Below, piece by piece: positions 45,355 to 58,787 of a stretch of 64,000 nt of DNA (position 1 is its first letter; each line of letters begins with the position of its first letter). The notes beneath the pieces are model-generated. The model saw nothing but the letters and a program-made list of their open reading frames with translations. It ran no database searches and was not told the DNA's origin. This stretch comes from Octopus vulgaris. Taxonomy: Eukaryota. The stretch spans positions 63,860,001-63,924,000 of the forward strand of contig OX597825.1 of assembly GCA_951406725.2 (NCBI GenBank), written 5' to 3'. The position numbers were made by a program, and so were the translations under genes.

Positions 45355-46142
45355 GGCGGCGAGCTATCAGAATGGTTCCATGCCGGGCGAAATGCTTAGC
45401 GTTATTTCGTCTGCCGTTATGTTCTGAGTTCAAAATTCCGCCGAGGTCGATTTTGCCTTTCATCATTTCGGGGTCGACAAATTAAGTACCAGTTACGCAC
45501 TGGGGTCTATGTATTCAACTTAATCCGTTTGTCTGTCTTTGTTTGTCCCCTCTATGTTTAGCCCATTGTGGGTAATAAAGAAACATGTATTTCGTCTGCC
45601 GTTACGTTCTGAGTTCAAATTCCGCCGAGGTCGACTTTGGCTTTCATCCTTTCGGGGTCGATAAATTAAGTACCAGTTACGCACTGTGGGGTCTATGTAT
45701 TCAACTTAATCCGTTTGTCTGTCTTTCTTTGTCCCCCTCTATGTTTAGCCCATTGTGGGTAATAAAGAAACAGGTATTTCGTCTGCCGTTACGTTCTGAG
45801 TTCAAATTCCGCCGAGGTCGATTTTGCCTATCATCATTTCGGGGTCGCCAAATTAAGTACCAGTTACGCACTGGGGTCTATGTATTCAACTTAATCCGTT
45901 AGTCTGTCTTTGTTTGTACCCTCTATGTTTAGCCCATTGTGGGTAATAAAGAAACATGTATTTCGTCTGCCGTTACGTTCTGAGTTCAAATTCCGCCGAG
46001 GTCGACTTTGGCTTTCATCCTTTCGGGGTCGATAAATTAATTACCAGTTACGCACTGGGGTCTATGTATTCAACTTAATCCGTTTGTCTGTCTTTGTTTA
46101 TCCCCTCTATGTTTAGCCCCTTGTGGGCAATAAAAAATAAGA
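45355..46142 (+). mobile_element. SINE tetramer: one head plus four ~185-bp tandem units
   Basis: Units start tatttcgtctgccgtta at 45403, 45588, 45775 and 45959. Confidence 0.95.
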
Positions 46143-49100
46143 AACAGAGTGTGTGTGAGAGAGAGATAGACTGACAGAAATGTATGTACAATGTGTGTAT
46201 GAACACGTCTTGTTATTTGCTTTATAATTCATTATCTTGTTCGCTTCATTAAAATATATGAATTTCTGTACATCATTATTTGTTGTTACTGTTTTCTCTT
46301 ATTCCTTTTTTAACGTCCGTTTTTCACGAGGTGGTTTCATATTGTAGATGAATTAATATCGTTAATTAAATAACAAAATATGAATGGGATACCTTCTATG
46401 AGATATAAAAACGTTATAAAAGTAACATCTATTGCCGCTGTCAGCACCACCACCACCACCATCCCTGCTGCTACTAATATTAATACGACTGCTACCATCA
46501 CCACCACAGCTACCATCTCTACCAACCTACTACAACCACTATTTGTTTTGTTGTTAATTTTGATGGAGATTATATGGTAGGTGATAACGACAATAGGGTG
46601 ATAGTTCTATATATGTGTCCTAGAAGACAGCCAGTTTCTTTGGTGCGAGTACACGTGTACCAATTGATTATATTCACTTTATTATGTGATAGTGATTTAT
46701 TGTAAGCGACTTCCGTAGCTTCAATCTAGAGAACATTTTCCCCAATTTCCATTTTAAACTATAGAATGAGTTACTGTATTTTATGACAAGCGTAACAAGT
46801 GCGCTATGAACTAAATATCTGTTTTTGGTTATGTGTTCAATCACAAAAATTAGATCAAATATTCTTTGATAATATTTTACTATTTTCTCCTTTATGATCC
46901 ATTCTTTATCACATTCTTCTGTTTTTTAAATACTTAGTTATATTCAGCTTCTTGTTTGTTAATTCTTCTCATTTCTATGTTTAAATCTAATGTGATATAT
47001 TTTTTCTTCTCCACTCGTAAAAATCGCTTCGTTGAAGAGCTCTCATAAAACCGAAATATAATTTTTGCGTGTTCTAGATGGTTTATAAGCCGGAGCCATT
47101 CTCATTTGAATATTCAACATTGTACAAAGTACAAAAATTCGATTAATTGCTATCTCCATGAATAAATCAAGTACAATATTTCTGCAAACAGTAATATTTG
47201 TTTTACTTTCTTTCGTATAATTGAATAGTTTTCGCTAATTCATCGAATCTACTAATGAATTTCATGTCGCTGCTGTTTCATAATTCGTTGTGCTATCAGT
47301 ATTCCGCATTTCAAATGCGTCATGATATTCGTTTTAAATCTTTCTTTGGTAAGAATTATGCTTTGTCCTTACTTCATAGTATAGATGTTGATGTTTTTAG
47401 AATAATTCTTCACTAAACTGAGCATCTATATTATAAATGGCATTCCACACATGACCATCTTCCCTAAAATTCAAACATGTTATATATCAATTTTAATACT
47501 CACTCTTCTACGAAGGCCGGTAGCAGTTTTCATGTAATTTCAATGCAATATATGATGAACGAGGTTTTGTTGTTTTTAAGATGGTTGAACTTGAAGGGAA
47601 TTTTTCTACTACTTCTAGCACGTCACAAAATTGCATACAAGATATATTGTTGAATCTTTCCCAACGGATTCAACCTTTTAAGGATTATAATCAAAATCTC
47701 GTTTCCTCTTACAAGGATGGATTGTGTTTTGTTTTGAACGCTATTTTATATTGCAGTGTGATTTCTTTGTTGACATGTCAAATTTATATGCAGTTTTAAT
47801 GTTATATATTCTCTCTGTTGGAAAGCATCTATGCTGTCGGAGGCGTTCCGTTATTGATCTTTCCCACCGGTAGTTTATCTTTTTTATTCCTTTAAGTCAC
47901 TGCGGAGATCATTTATAGGTCTTTATATTCATGCATCGCCATTCCTACGTCATTGGAAGAATATTGTTTCCCATAGAGAAAAATGGCATGTTAAAATTTA
48001 TAGATAACAGGGTTTTTTTAAATTGTTTATTAAAAAAAACACAAAACAATTCACACATTCCTTTATTTTCAGAGCTATATTAGTCATAACTGAGCAGATC
48101 CATGCTGAAGGATGTTCCACTTATTGAAATCACACCCATTTTATCGGCGTAAATTATCTCAAGCGGTCTTTATTTTACTCAATGTCGAAGTAGATTTGGC
48201 GTCAAATTTAACTGCAGCATGTAGAAGGATAAGGGAAACATGTACAAGCAAAAATATTGGTGTTTTGTTAGTGGAAGAAATGTATGGGAGACCTTAATAA
48301 GTGAGAACTGGTTTCATTTGTCTGCCTGGTAAGCTGTAATATTTTAATTCTAACCTCATCATTAGTTCAAATTAGAAATTTCATTTTTGGCACAGTTTCC
48401 ATTATATTCAGATTTCGTTGTGTTTGCAATATTCAGTAATCTAAGGTACGAATCGTCTATTCACTCCTGTATTTAGTTCTTTCTTGTTCTCCCCTTCACT
48501 TTCAATGTATTTACTTTCCGGAGAATTTCTCTGAGATGATCTTATAGTTAGGCTTATCATTTACTTACTCTATATCTCCGATTCCACCGGAATGAACATC
48601 TACAATTTATTTATTTCGATAATTATATATTCGATATTGTTATTTATATATTTCTCCATTCAGTACATTTCATAAAATTAAGATTTCAAAATTATACTAG
48701 AATTTAGATAAATTCTCTGCTCTTGACACCCGATTTTCTCTTTCTGTTTCACCAAATAAATATCGGTACTTTGTTCTCTCTTGAACTTGCGTAGTATATA
48801 TTCACACGCTTACATTTGTTGCTGTTGTTATTCGTTTGCTCAAGTTCCATTAATATATGGTAATACATATTACAGCAGTGCTCACTTCACATTTAAAATT
48901 CTCTGACATAACTTCTCCCATTATGCAAAAAGATAAGTTGTGACGCAATGTCAGGATGGTTAGCTAGTTACCTAGGCTTGATGTGATGTAATATTTGGCT
49001 TACCATATGCACGCGCCCTCATTGCATATACCTTGGTCAAGTTCTGGTGAAATTTTACTGTATTAATACTAAACCCAGTTTTCCTACACTCACATTTGGC

Positions 49101-49731
49101 ACAGAGCACACTCCATTATTTTTGTATAAATGTATTTCACTTCCACTCACTGGAAGGTATACACAGACGGTCTAATTATATTATTATTCACAAATTCCAG
49201 ACATATTTTTCTATCGTTTCATGGTTATTTTTACTTTCTGTTTGAATTATGTTCGATCAGTGTACAAGACTTTGTACTAATAACTCCTGTATACTCATTA
49301 CAATGTTTCACTCACATATTTTATGACTTAATTTGTTCTTTTGTGATATATTATTTTCAATTAAGTTTGCTGCTTTGCCTATGTGTTAATGAGTAGGTTT
49401 TCACTATCATTTGTAGTTGTTGCGCAATCGATGTAAGTTGCCCTAATATTTTCTTTCGTCATTATCTTTTCATTGGCTGTTTACTTTATGCTTGTATATT
49501 TTGCTTTTGTGCATTGAGTTTTCTTTTGTGAATTGACTTTTCTTTTGTGCTTGTAGCTTTGTTATTTTTGTATGTTCGGATTTGGGGACCTGATCGTTAT
49601 TCGATCAGATCGTTTTCCATTAATTTGCGTAGATTTACCTATTGTTTTCTGCTTGCAATACTTTTTCTCATCCATCCGATTATTCGTTTAATCTTTGCAA
49701 ATGTGGTAATGAATTAATTTACAAATAACTC

Positions 49732-49792
<61 letters not shown>

Positions 49793-50022
49793 CAGAGTAC
49801 CAGAGTAAGCACAAATGTGAAACAAGGTAAGAAAATATACTACTCTAAAACCGGAGTTAGATTAATATGCTTCATATAAAAGCTGCAAAACAAAAGCATC
49901 ACGAAATATCATAGCAGTGTTTGTTTAATGTGATGTTTTTTGCAGTTTTTAATAATATAGTGTATGTATATATATATATATATATATATGCATATCTATA
50001 CATATATCATATACCACATATA

Positions 50023-50074
<52 letters not shown>

Positions 50075-51049
50075 GTATATGTATGTATATATATTTATAA
50101 CTACACATATATGTCTATATATTTATGTGTATATGTTTGTATGTGTGAAGTGTTGATGTGTGTGCGTCTGTATAGAATGAGAGGTTGAAGGATTGCTCAA
50201 TAGACACATATACAGAGACAGAGAGTCGGGGAGGTAGGTAAGATCCTTGGTGGGTAGTTTTGTAGGTAACAACTTTACTGATTGTGTCTTGATTAAATAA
50301 TTGGGAGTTAGAAAGCATGAATATTGCTTGAGATATGTAATAAACTGGCTATCATTGGTAATATTTTCCCTGGAAATGTAAAAATATTCATGTGAGAGAT
50401 GAAGCTACTGTATTCCACTGTAACGCTGACGCAGCCGGTTACGTAGGGAGTTTGCAGCTGTGTGGCGTTCTTTGAAAAGTGATCAAAAAGCTTATGAGTA
50501 GAAACTACAAAGATAACTGTAAAATCGGACAACAACGTAGTTGGAAGCATTTCGATTTGAAGGTACGTGTGCAAACAAATGTGTGAGCATAAAATTTAGA
50601 GATATATTTACTGGGAATTAGATATGTATATAAATGCACACAGACGTTTATCAGTGTGCAGGCGTATAAATTACTTTCATATCGTTGCTATACATGCATA
50701 GATACATGCATGCACACGCGCGCACACACATCCACTTGTATAATGAATAAGAACGCGTAAAGACAAAAGATGCATGATAGATAGTAATGGTGGTGCTCAT
50801 ACTGGATCAGGTACATAAAATATGCATTGAGACGAAGAAAGACAGTGTTTTGTTAAAGATCTCACTTTCGGCATTGTACAAGTAAAGCTAATGTGAGCTT
50901 GAGTCTAAGTAGGTATGCAATATCTGTCCGTCTTTATATATGTCTATCTACGTGTCTATCTATCTCCCTAACTATCTGTCTTTCTATCTCTCTGTTTGTT
51001 TGTCTATTTCTCTCTGTCTGTCACTCTCTCCTTCTCTCTCTGTAGATAT

Positions 51050-51118
<69 letters not shown>

Positions 51119-51195
51119 TGCAGCGTGGAAGGTGTTTATAAGCCATTTAAGAAACACACAAAAGCCGTTCGATTCACTCCAACATTTAAGTTTAA

Positions 51196-51245
51196 TTTGT
51201 CAAAATATTTTCGTCGCTAAAATCCGCGACCTGTTCACTGACAAA
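51196..51245 (-). ncRNA. Mirror copy of the G3:C8 hammerhead motif
   Basis: Exact reverse complement of 51266-51315. Confidence 0.75.
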
Positions 51246-51265
51246 GTCCATGCTGCATCACGGAC

Positions 51266-51315
51266 TTTGTCAGTGAACAGGTCGCGGATTTTAGCGACGA
51301 AAATATTTTGACAAA
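51266..51315 (+). ncRNA. Minimal type-I hammerhead motif with G3:C8 swapped core
   Basis: UUUGUCA-GUGAACA-g-GUCGC ggauuuua GCGAC-GAAA-AUAU-U-U-UGACAAA: 7-bp stem I, 5-bp stem II, palindromic AAUAUU stem III. Confidence 0.75.
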
Positions 51316-51453
51316 TTAAACTTAAATGTTGGAGTGAATCGAACGGCTTTTGTGTGTTTCTTAAATGGCTTATAAACACCTTCCACGCTGCAATTGTTTT
51401 CGTTTCAGCACACGATCTCAGATCAAATTACTTGCTATGCGAGTACATCTCCG

Positions 51454-51511
<58 letters not shown>

Positions 51512-51515
<4 letters not shown>

Positions 51516-51765
51516 AATGCACCCTTTTAAAGCCTAGCCAGGCTCACGGGCCCGGTTTCCCGGTTTCTATGGCGTATGTGTTCCCCAGCTGGACGGGATG
51601 CCAGTCCGTTGCAGCGTTACTCATTTTTGCCAGCTATGTGGATTGGAGTAACGGGAAAATGAAGTGCTTTGTTCAAGAGCACAACGCGTCGCCCAGTCCA
51701 GGAATCGAAACCACAATCTTACGATCATGGTGCTGACACCCTAAACACTAAGCCACGCGCCTCCA
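51512..51765 (-). mobile_element. Full-length tRNA-derived CORE-type SINE
   Basis: Head ggaggcgcgtggcttagtg...ggtttcgattcctgg, CORE-like ttgtgctcttgaacaaagcacttcatt; related to 26447. Confidence 0.85.
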
Positions 51766-51839
51766 CACAAACATATATATGTGTGTATATATATGTACAT
51801 ATATATGTATATATATATATATATATACATACATATATA

Positions 51840-51895
<56 letters not shown>

Positions 51896-51904
51896 CATAC
51901 ATAC

Positions 51905-51935
<31 letters not shown>

Positions 51936-51989
51936 CACACATATTTACATATATACTTATTGATCAGACCTAGTTTACATGTATATAAA

Positions 51990-52843
51990 CCAGGTCTAAT
52001 CAGTAAGTATCCGGGCTGTTGACATATAAAAGAAGCCATTTAGCAACGATTGACCTTAATTACTGTGTATGTCCACTAAATTTTAACGTTCTACTTCACT
52101 TCCGCTGCTTTGAAGGAACGTGTGTAGCGTGTGATTACCACATTGACCATGACAGAGAAAGTTGTCATGGCGATACCTTCTCAGAGGCCTTCGCAAAGCT
52201 GGAGCACAAGTACGGAGAGGAGTGTATGACCGCACATGAGTATACGCGTGATGCATACTATTTTCAAGATAGCCGAAAAATGTAGATAGTAACGAATGTT
52301 CTGACAGATTTGCAACCAGCAGGACTGAGAAAAGCATCGCAGAGGTTCGTACAGCTCTGAGGGAAAATCGTCGAATCACCATCCGTGAGTAATCAGATGA
52401 TGTGAAGATTAGTTACAATTCACTTCAGTCCATTATCACTAACGATTTGGGTATGGAACGCATGTCTGCCAAGTTTGTGGCAAAATTGCTTTCAACAACC
52501 CAAAAGCAGACTCCGGTTTCAGTTGCAGAACATGTCCTTGAATGTGTCAAGGACGATGAAAACTTTTTGAAAATTTTGTGTAGGCCTCTGACCGGGTATC
52601 GCGAAGTTTTTAGCAAAATTTGATACAGATTCTCTGCTCAACTTACTCTGTTATTATCAATACGACGATGATACGCTACACACCTTCCTTCCAAGCACTG
52701 CTGTAAACGGCAGACGTGAGCTACAGCGTTAAGACTTAGTGTGCATGCATAGCAGAGTTTACGATCAATTTGTGCCAAGAAACTTTACTCTGCATGTTTT
52801 AGCGTTATTACTATGGGAACATTCCGGATACTTATTGATCAGG
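51990..52843 (+). mobile_element. Internally deleted mariner element with both TIRs
   Basis: TIRs caggtctaatcagtaagtatccgg / ccggatacttattgatcagg; relic ENRRITIRE...SIITNDLGMERMSAKFVAKLL (cf. WVP..L). Confidence 0.85.
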
Positions 52844-52974
52844 TATATATATATAAATGGTAAATAATTTTCCTGTGGTTTTTCATGTAACCAACAATTA
52901 TTTACCGGTAAATTTCGGTATGTAAATACGACAAATTAATTGTCAGGACCTTTGTAAGGTTCAGTATAGAGTAA

Positions 52975-53725
52975 AGAAAAAATAAGATGGCTAGCAGCAG
53001 GCTGCTTCGCCTCATACCGAAGGAATTAGAAATGGCAGTCAAAGACCGTTTTTCCGTTTTCTATAAGTGGAGAATCCAAAAACGAAGGCCCTTACGGCTC
53101 ACATACACAAAACCGGAGTGGCAAATATACGAAATCAATCACTTACCGTTAATAGCGAACACGTGTTTCTGGATCGCAAACATAGAAAAATTTAGTTTGA
53201 ATTCCGTCATCGGCACTATATTCGATAGCTTTACCAAATGCCACCAGCCCTCACTTCTGACCCAGCGTCATCAGATAGTGGGGGGAAGAGCGCAGATGTT
53301 AAAACTAAGTAGCGACTGGGAACGTAAATTTTCCCTCCAAAATTCTGCCATGCGCGCTTTCTGGGTAATCGTAATTTACGTTCCCAGTCGCTACTTAGTT
53401 TTAACATCTGCGCTCTTCCCCCACTATCTGATGTCGCTGGGTCAGAAGTGAGGGCTGGTGGCATTTGGTAAAGCTATCGAATATAGCGCCGATGACGGAA
53501 TTCAAACTAATTTTTCTATGTTTGCGATCCAGAAACACGTGTTCATATTAACGGTAAGTGACTGATTTCGTATATTTGCCACTCCGGTTTTGTGTATGTG
53601 AGCCGTAAGGGCCTTCGTTTTTGGATTCTCCACTTATAGAAAACGGAAAAACGGTCTTTGACTGCCATTTCTAATTCCTTCGGTATGAGGCGAAGCAGCC
53701 TGCTGCTAGCCATCTTATTTTTTCT
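52975..53725. mobile_element. Penelope-like inverted-repeat structure: ~355-bp arms, 42-bp spacer, ending in (AT)n
   Basis: 52975-53330 vs 53373-53725 differ at about 6-7 positions by manual comparison. Confidence 0.85.
53152..53219 (-). ncRNA. Hammerhead-like motif, U4C core, long stem II (mirror copy 53483-53549 +)
   Basis: auagug-CCGAUGA-cGGA..CAAAC...GUUUG..UCCa-GAAA-CACGUG-U-U-cgcuau; palindromic ACACGUGU; C-A mismatch at the base of stem II. Confidence 0.6.
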
Positions 53726-53749
53726 ATATATATATATACATATATATAT

Positions 53750-53852
<103 letters not shown>

Positions 53853-53961
53853 CATTTAGGGATGGTCATGTTGCCAGTTTAGCCAAGAAAAACACACGCA
53901 CTATATATTTGGTCTTAATGTGCTTCAGCTTTATTTTTTACATTAATCTTAATCTTATTTC

Positions 53962-54005
53962 GGCCAGAGTTCTTTTGTCACACCTCTGTGACCACATCAG
54001 TGGTC
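53962..54005 (-). ncRNA. Degenerate hammerhead-like motif in a further element next to (AT)n
   Basis: gacca-CUGAUGU-g-GUCACA gagg UGUGAC-AAAA-GAAC-U-C-uggcc; A9U and G12A changes, so probably inactive. Confidence 0.45.
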
Positions 54006-54512
54006 TTTTGCTTTCTTCTTTCTTATTTGTGTGTCTCTCCTTACTAACGATCAGCCATTTTGTATTTTGTATTATTATTGCATGTGTCATTTACTATACC
54101 CTCGAGCCGATCAAATCATTGTGAGTGGATTTCATTGATGGAAACTGAAATAAGCCTGTTCTAAATATTTGTGAATGTGTGTGTGTGTTTGTATGTCTGT
54201 GTTTGTACTCCAGCTTCCATTGACCACATATAATAGTGTGTTTATGTCCTCGTGACTCAGCGATTCGGCAATTAGAGACTGATAGAATAAGTCCTGGATT
54301 CGATTTGTTCGAATAAAGGCGATGCACTAGCATGGCTGCAGTTAAATGATTGAAACAAATGTAAAACTAAAAAGGGAATATGTAAAGATATATATATATA
54401 TATATATATATGTAACGAAAGAGAGAGGGAGAAAGAGAGAGAAGCATTACACGCACACACATGCACACACAAGTATACATAGATAACATATATATACGTA
54501 TATATATATATG

Positions 54513-54610
<98 letters not shown>

Positions 54611-55593
54611 TATATGTGTGCGGGTTTCTATGTGAGTGTGTTTGTGTGTGAGCGTGCAATCTGTTTTTTTTTTGTTTTCGTGTGTCTGTGTACGTGATGT
54701 TAGTCGAGCGTGTGCATACGTTCCTGTGTATTTATACTTGTTTTTACTTACAGCATTTTTTTCTCTCCGTATTCCTAGAAACCTTAAAGTAAACTGGTAG
54801 GAATTCGCGAAAGGATGATATGAAATGATAAATTCTATCATTAGAAACCGTATTCTGTGAATATATTCAGCTTGTTTTTGTTTTTTTTATATTTGTATCT
54901 TCTTTTATTCATACATATTTTATTCATTCCCAGTTAATTTTTGGTATGTAGCCTCAAGTTTTATGAATCATATAATTTCATATGGTATAATAATGTTATG
55001 TTTGTATGACTAAATTAATTTCATACGAATATTGTGCTTTAGGTTGTAGTATCTTGTAAGTTTTCTCTTCGTTTATAGATTCTGTTTTCTTTTAAACAAA
55101 ACATAAACCCAAAAAAATTTGTGAAGTACCGTGTTACTTTTAACATCATCAATTTATAAATTTGCTTTTATTATTAATTTTGCTATGTAAAATGTTCCTG
55201 CAAGTAATAGTTGTTCTTTAAATATTTACACTGTTGAAAAGCGATACATTAAACGCTAGGTGTTAATACTGTTGCCTGAGTTATATTTATATGTACTTTT
55301 AAATATATGTAGTTCGATTGGAATTTGGTGGGGAAATCGGTTGGGGGTATGGAATGTATTAAATGGGTATCGATATTTGCATGTTATTTGTATGAACGTC
55401 TTCGTAAGAATACGTGTGAAAAAATGTTTTAAATAATTTATGTTAAAAGAAAATTTCAAGACACAGATACGAAAAAAATATGTAATGCATAAAAGTGTTT
55501 GTTTGTGTACGTGTATACATGTATATTTAAATGTATGTATCTATCTATTCATCTCTCTCTCTCTCTCTGTATGTATTTATATAAATATATATA

Positions 55594-55693
<100 letters not shown>

Positions 55694-57850
55694 GAGGGAG
55701 AGGGAGAGAGACCGTGTGTGAGAAAGAAAATAGGGTAAGTGAGGTGTGAGAGACATTTAGAAATTTGATGCTGTCTTGTGTGTGCTTCCGCGTTTGTGGG
55801 CTTGTCTCTGTGTATTGTTTTCATTTTGTTACAGTGGAGCCTATATGTGGTGATTTTTGAGTGTTTAAATAAATGTATATATTTATTTCACAGTTGTGCA
55901 TATTTCGTTGTTATTTTAGTATTTGCACTTTTATGCCTCAGTTTCTTAGTCTGCATATGCATATGTTTTATCATTCGATTTCTGTTTATGGACTATAAAA
56001 TAACATACATTATGCAAGTTCTTATAAAATGTTACAGTAAAAGAACACAGGATAGATTATGCATGTGTATATGTCAAGTTTATGTAGATGTTGGTGTACT
56101 TCTGCACGAAACTGAAATCACGTTCATAGGTATTATGGAAATACTGAAAAGGAACAGATATCAGATATCTAACCATATAATAACAACGTTTACATTCCCA
56201 TTATCACCCTACTCTACAATATTTGTAGAATATCCTATACAGACATTTTACTACTGCGTAAGCATGTAACCGCAAACATTTAGATACATGTACAACTAAG
56301 TTTGAAGCAGCTTCGATGCAAAAATGCCTTAGTGTATGACTTGTAGTTTGATGTATCTTTTTCTAAATCGTATTGTTTTTGAAATACTGCGACAGTAAAT
56401 TCTGGAATGATGAATAACATGAGTATTTTCTAATTGCAGCTAATACAATTCCAGATATTCATGTTATTGAGCCTGGTGAATGTGCACAAGTGCAGACATT
56501 TGTAAAAGAAAACATTTTAAAAGTTAAAGATATGTTGCAATTATCTCGATATCTCATTCATGTATTCGAGTAAATTGAAGTTTTAATTAATAATTTATGA
56601 TAGCATAATTAATTTTATAATTTTTCATTTGTTGAGTGACTATTTATCGTAGTGTTATTGTCTGGTGGAGATTTACGGAAATATTTGAAGGAAAATGGTT
56701 AAAAAGCTGTCATTGCAAATTCAGACTACATTAGAAGTTGAATTCTTACATTCACTTCCCCACCTTACGCACCCAAATCTTCACTAGATTCGTTTTGAAC
56801 ATTTAAGTCGAATCACATGTGAAATCTGCAAATAACGCCTATTAGGAAATATTTGCTGAACTATTTTCTCATACTCAGCAGCATTTCAAATAGTCTTTGC
56901 TTAATGGAATTAAACTTAAGTTATTTCCACAAAAAAAAGATATCGATACCCACAAAACATGTCAAATTTATACTGAAGGCTTTCTATGGTTTCACTCTGT
57001 TTTTTATAGACGTTTCGTTTCAAACTTCAAAGCAAAGAAAAATTGTCTTTTCTCGTTTACGAGGCATGTTAATATTTTTTAGACCTCTCAAATATATATG
57101 ATAAAAGCCAATACTACTTTTCAAAGAATTCTACAAGATACGTTACGATTGTATTCTGACGAAAATCACTTTACAACTTTAATTTGATCTGCTACTTATC
57201 TCAGAGCTCATGTAATGACAGTTAATTTGTGTATGCACCAACATTTCAATAAAATCGTTTACCTTAATCAGACACATTTTCTTACGAATAGACGGCTAAA
57301 ACTGTATGGCACGTTAGGAATTGTATACGTTCAACATAAGTAGTAGTACTGAAATTATTTCCCCAAAAGTGGCCGGTAATACTTGGAGAAGCATACAACG
57401 AATGTGTCTATAAGAACATTTTTCTCGCATTTGTTGCTGAAATATCGGCAACATGTATATTATATCCCAAATTCATTCTAGTCAATACTTCGCCCTCTAT
57501 TGTACGAGTAACTAAAGTACTATCGTATGAATACCAGAAAATACGAATTAAATAATCATAAGCATAGAGCTTCTTTTAGGTTTTTCAATGCATTGCATAA
57601 AAACGTTGTGTCGAATTATGCCGTTCTTTCACATATTGCATCACTCGATAGCAGACATTTGTTATTTCATCATCATCTACGTCCATATGAATAGACTTTG
57701 TTATTCAAGAGGCCGCTGCTGCAAGCATTGCAAGTTATTCGCTACTTGCGTATGGTTTCTCAGTATTTCTCAGTAATTGAGTTCCAGGTTTAAAAAAATT
57801 ACTTTCTTACTATCACAGATTTCAGAAATATATTAACACGCTGAATATTT

Positions 57851-58345
57851 CTATCTATCCGCTCAGTCGAAGTCGACTCTCGGTTATTCGTTGGATCAGT
57901 GTCCTCCAGTCAGTTCTATCCTGGGCCGCTTCTTTCAGATTGTCTATGTCCATTCCGGTATCCCTCTTGATGGTATCAAGCCAGTGGGTTTTGGTCGGCC
58001 TCTTCCTCTCTTGCCACTGACCATTCCGAGCATGATGTTCTTCTCCAGGGATTTCTCCGCATAAGATGACCGAGATATGCCAATCTATGCTTGGTGATCC
58101 TAGCTTCTAGCGACATTTTCGGCCTGATCTGCTTAAGAACTTCTCCATTGGTGAGCCTCGCTGTCCATGGAATCCGTAAAAGTCTTCTCCAACACCAAAC
58201 TCGAATGCATTAATTCTCTTCTGGTCAGCTTTCTTTAGTGTCCAGGTCTCGCATCCATATGTTGCTATTGGGAAGACAATAGCATTCACCAATCTGCATT
58301 TGGTAGCGAGTCTGATGTCTCTACTCTTCCAGACCCTGCTCATAC
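57851..58345 (-). mobile_element. RTE (BovB-like) LINE 3' fragment
   Basis: TKCRLVNAIVFPIATYGCETWTL...RINAFE..CWRRLLRIPW...GKRGRGRP..WLD. Confidence 0.92.
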
Positions 58346-58478
58346 TGAAGATTTACCTACGTAGAAATCAGGCCTTATTAAAACATCGATTTAAAAAATT
58401 TATTAGGCTTCATGCGTTCACTATGTTTTCTCTGCAAATAAAGCACAATTGAAGGTGCTTTTCCTATTTGTGAGTACA

Positions 58479-58613
<135 letters not shown>

Positions 58614-58688
58614 ATATTTTTTATCTAGTTTCAGCTCAGAGCTGCGGCCATATATATATATATGCATATACACACACACACAAATATA

Positions 58689-58787
<99 letters not shown>

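Larger units (their letters stand above)
51114..51455. mobile_element. Penelope-like inverted terminal-repeat structure: perfect 136-bp palindrome inserted in (AT)n
   Basis: Arms 51114-51249 and 51262-51397 are exact reverse complements (checked block by block), 12-nt spacer; right side extends ~58 nt before (AT)n. Confidence 0.85.

Noticed and set aside
45403-46142. Regularly spaced repeats as a CRISPR-like array
   Set aside because: Whole ~185-bp units repeat with no unique spacers, and they match a dispersed SINE.
46700-49700. Possible very old LINE on the minus strand (T-rich skew)
   Set aside because: No motif could be read with confidence.
53262-53275. Extra CUGAUGA on the minus strand within the large palindrome
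   Set aside because: No downstream stem II + GAAA (reads GAAG), and the mirror arm has CUGAUGU.
52987-53451. 154-aa [12 protein letters not shown]... and its mirror on the opposite strand
   Set aside because: Product of the inverted repeat, antisense to the hammerhead, with no recognisable domain.
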